Of a stretch of 64,000 nt of DNA, positions 62,681-64,000 are shown piece after piece. The position numbers were made by a program, and so were the translations under genes. Numbering within the stretch: the stretch's first letter is position 1; the number at the start of each line of letters is the position of its first letter. The notes under the pieces are model-generated. The model did no database searches. It was not told where the DNA came from and saw only the letters and a program-made list of their open reading frames with translations. Origin of the DNA: Trichodelitschia bisporula (lineage: Eukaryota); contig ML996693.1 in assembly GCA_010356995.1 (NCBI GenBank), forward strand, positions 682,001-746,000, written 5' to 3'.

Positions 62681-64000
62681 CTAGACTCTCTCAACCGGCT
62701 TTACTGGTTGTTGAAACGGATCAATCCTCTCCTCGTCATCATCCAGCTCATAACTTGGCCTCCTATCCGCACCCACGGCCCTGTCTGCAAGACTCCCAAA
62801 TCTGTCTCCAGCCGGCGCATCCTTACTCTTCAGCTCCCAGCTCCCGACCCTCTCATGTCCTTTCTTAACATCTTCCGACACAATTCCTATTGGCGCTGCG
62901 TTCTTGGGAATATTGAGATCAGTGTCGCTTGCTAACTTTGCCGACCCCTTGAAACCGCCCAAATCCGATCTGCGCCGCAAACCGCCGACCCGCCGTCGGA
63001 AGCGCACACCGCCTACCAACATCGCAAGCGCAAGCAAGAGGAGCAAAACGGCTAGCGTGACGCCTGCACCGAGAACGCCGGCAGCCTGTAGCGACAAGCC
63101 ATGCTTGCGGCTAGCGTCACTGGCGTTCGAGCCATCAGAGCCGGTGAACCCAGGGCAAAAGATTCTGGTCGAGGAGCAAAGGATACACCACCGGCTCACG
63201 TCCGAGAGCATGATGTCTTCGACTGCGGCGGCAAACTCTTTGAATTTCATGTTGATTCCTGACGGGCCGTTGTTGAACATTTGATACGTTTGAGCGGTTG
63301 GGTTGGGATTGGCATCGGTGGTGCTGCCGTTCGTGTAGAGGAAGCGGACCCAGAGACTGTCAGCATTGGGGTAATTGGCTCCATCTCCAGATCCAACTCC
63401 CGTGCTGTTGTTAATACTGAACAGCTCCAGCGCGATGGCGGAACCGAACGGCGGAATGAGCCGGAAGTTGGAGTTTATCGACGAGAGGTTCATCAGCGAA
63501 AACAGGGCTATCATGGGAGCGAAATCGCCGACAATGAGGTTGACCTTATTCTGATAACCTGCGTAAACCATATTGCTCGCAAAGAGACCGAGGACCTTCG
63601 CCGCAAGGGTTTGGCCGGCAATCGTGCGGATCCCATCCGAGCTGTTACCGTTCAGTTCCCACTGCTTCATCGATGCAAGGTTTGCCAGTTCATCCACGAC
63701 ACCTTTGAATTCGGCGCGAGAGAGAATGGCAGCAACGGTGTCGTTGTGGCGGTTCTGGTAGCTGACAAAATCGTAGATGTCAGTGGCGTAAGCGTAATCC
63801 CAGCCCGAAGGGTTCATGTCGTCCCCAAGTATCGCCCGGCCGATTGACTGATAAAAGTCGTGGGTCTGGTTTTGGATGTATGAAAATTGTATGGAGCTGG
63901 TGTAAGTACCACCGGACTCATAGTAGTTGTCACAATTGTCGTTACCAGCCACGAAGATGGAGTTCGGATCCAGCTCGCTCACAGCGTTGATGGACGGATA
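62681..64000 (-). CDS. Histidine-phosphatase (phosphoglycerate mutase superfamily)-like membrane protein, 5' end beyond the window
   Basis: IRTIAGQTLAAKVL; NLIVGDFAPMIALFSL; IPPFGSAIALELF; WVRFLY; WCILC; single transmembrane segment GVLGAGVTLAVLLLLLALAMLVGG; tail GGFKGSAKLASDTDL. Confidence 0.8.
   Translation of the reverse strand, partial: YPSINAVSELDPNSIFVAGNDNCDNYYESGGTYTSSIQFSYIQNQTHDFYQSIGRAILGDDMNPSGWDYAYATDIYDFVSYQNRHNDTVAAILSRAEFKGVVDELANLASMKQWELNGNSSDGIRTIAGQTLAAKVLGLFASNMVYAGYQNKVNLIVGDFAPMIALFSLMNLSSINSNFRLIPPFGSAIALELFSINNSTGVGSGDGANYPNADSLWVRFLYTNGSTTDANPNPTAQTYQMFNNGPSGINMKFKEFAAAVEDIMLSDVSRWCILCSSTRIFCPGFTGSDGSNASDASRKHGLSLQAAGVLGAGVTLAVLLLLLALAMLVGGVRFRRRVGGLRRRSDLGGFKGSAKLASDTDLNIPKNAAPIGIVSEDVKKGHERVGSWELKSKDAPAGDRFGSLADRAVGADRRPSYELDDDEERIDPFQQPVKPVERV

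Noticed and set aside
1..64000. tRNA/rRNA genes and intact transposons
   Set aside because: No cloverleaf with A/B boxes, rRNA sequence, transposase or reverse transcriptase ORF seen by eye; tRNAscan-SE and Infernal would be needed to exclude small RNAs.

Overview
Eukaryotic DNA from a filamentous ascomycete (Pezizomycotina; Eurotiomycetes/Chaetothyriales is only a guess). Genes have short GT-AG introns with CTRAC-type branch sites, so most entries in the ORF track are exon fragments or antisense shadows. After about 8 kb with no recognisable gene, the window is a dense block of mostly housekeeping genes: NAT1/NAA15, an SPG5-like protein, LARP1 (La + DM15), a Clr4/DIM-5 H3K9 methyltransferase, RRP1, TRM8, GID4/VID24, ACL4, SCAP, SSK2 MAPKKK, Cdc11/Nud1, VPS37, an aldo-keto reductase, NIT2, SGM1/TMF1, NAS6, and a truncated histidine-phosphatase-like gene. 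Accessory-looking genes are an intronless HET-domain gene and an orphan with a nucleotidyltransferase-like motif. The most notable observation is not visible in the ORF track. Two tiny upstream exons splice in frame to give the H3K9 methyltransferase an N-terminal chromodomain with a divergent aromatic cage, and its promoter contains a roughly 0.45-kb island with a RIP-type dinucleotide signature, which suggests a possible heterochromatin feedback circuit. Exon boundaries were read by eye and all family calls come from motif recognition, not database searches.
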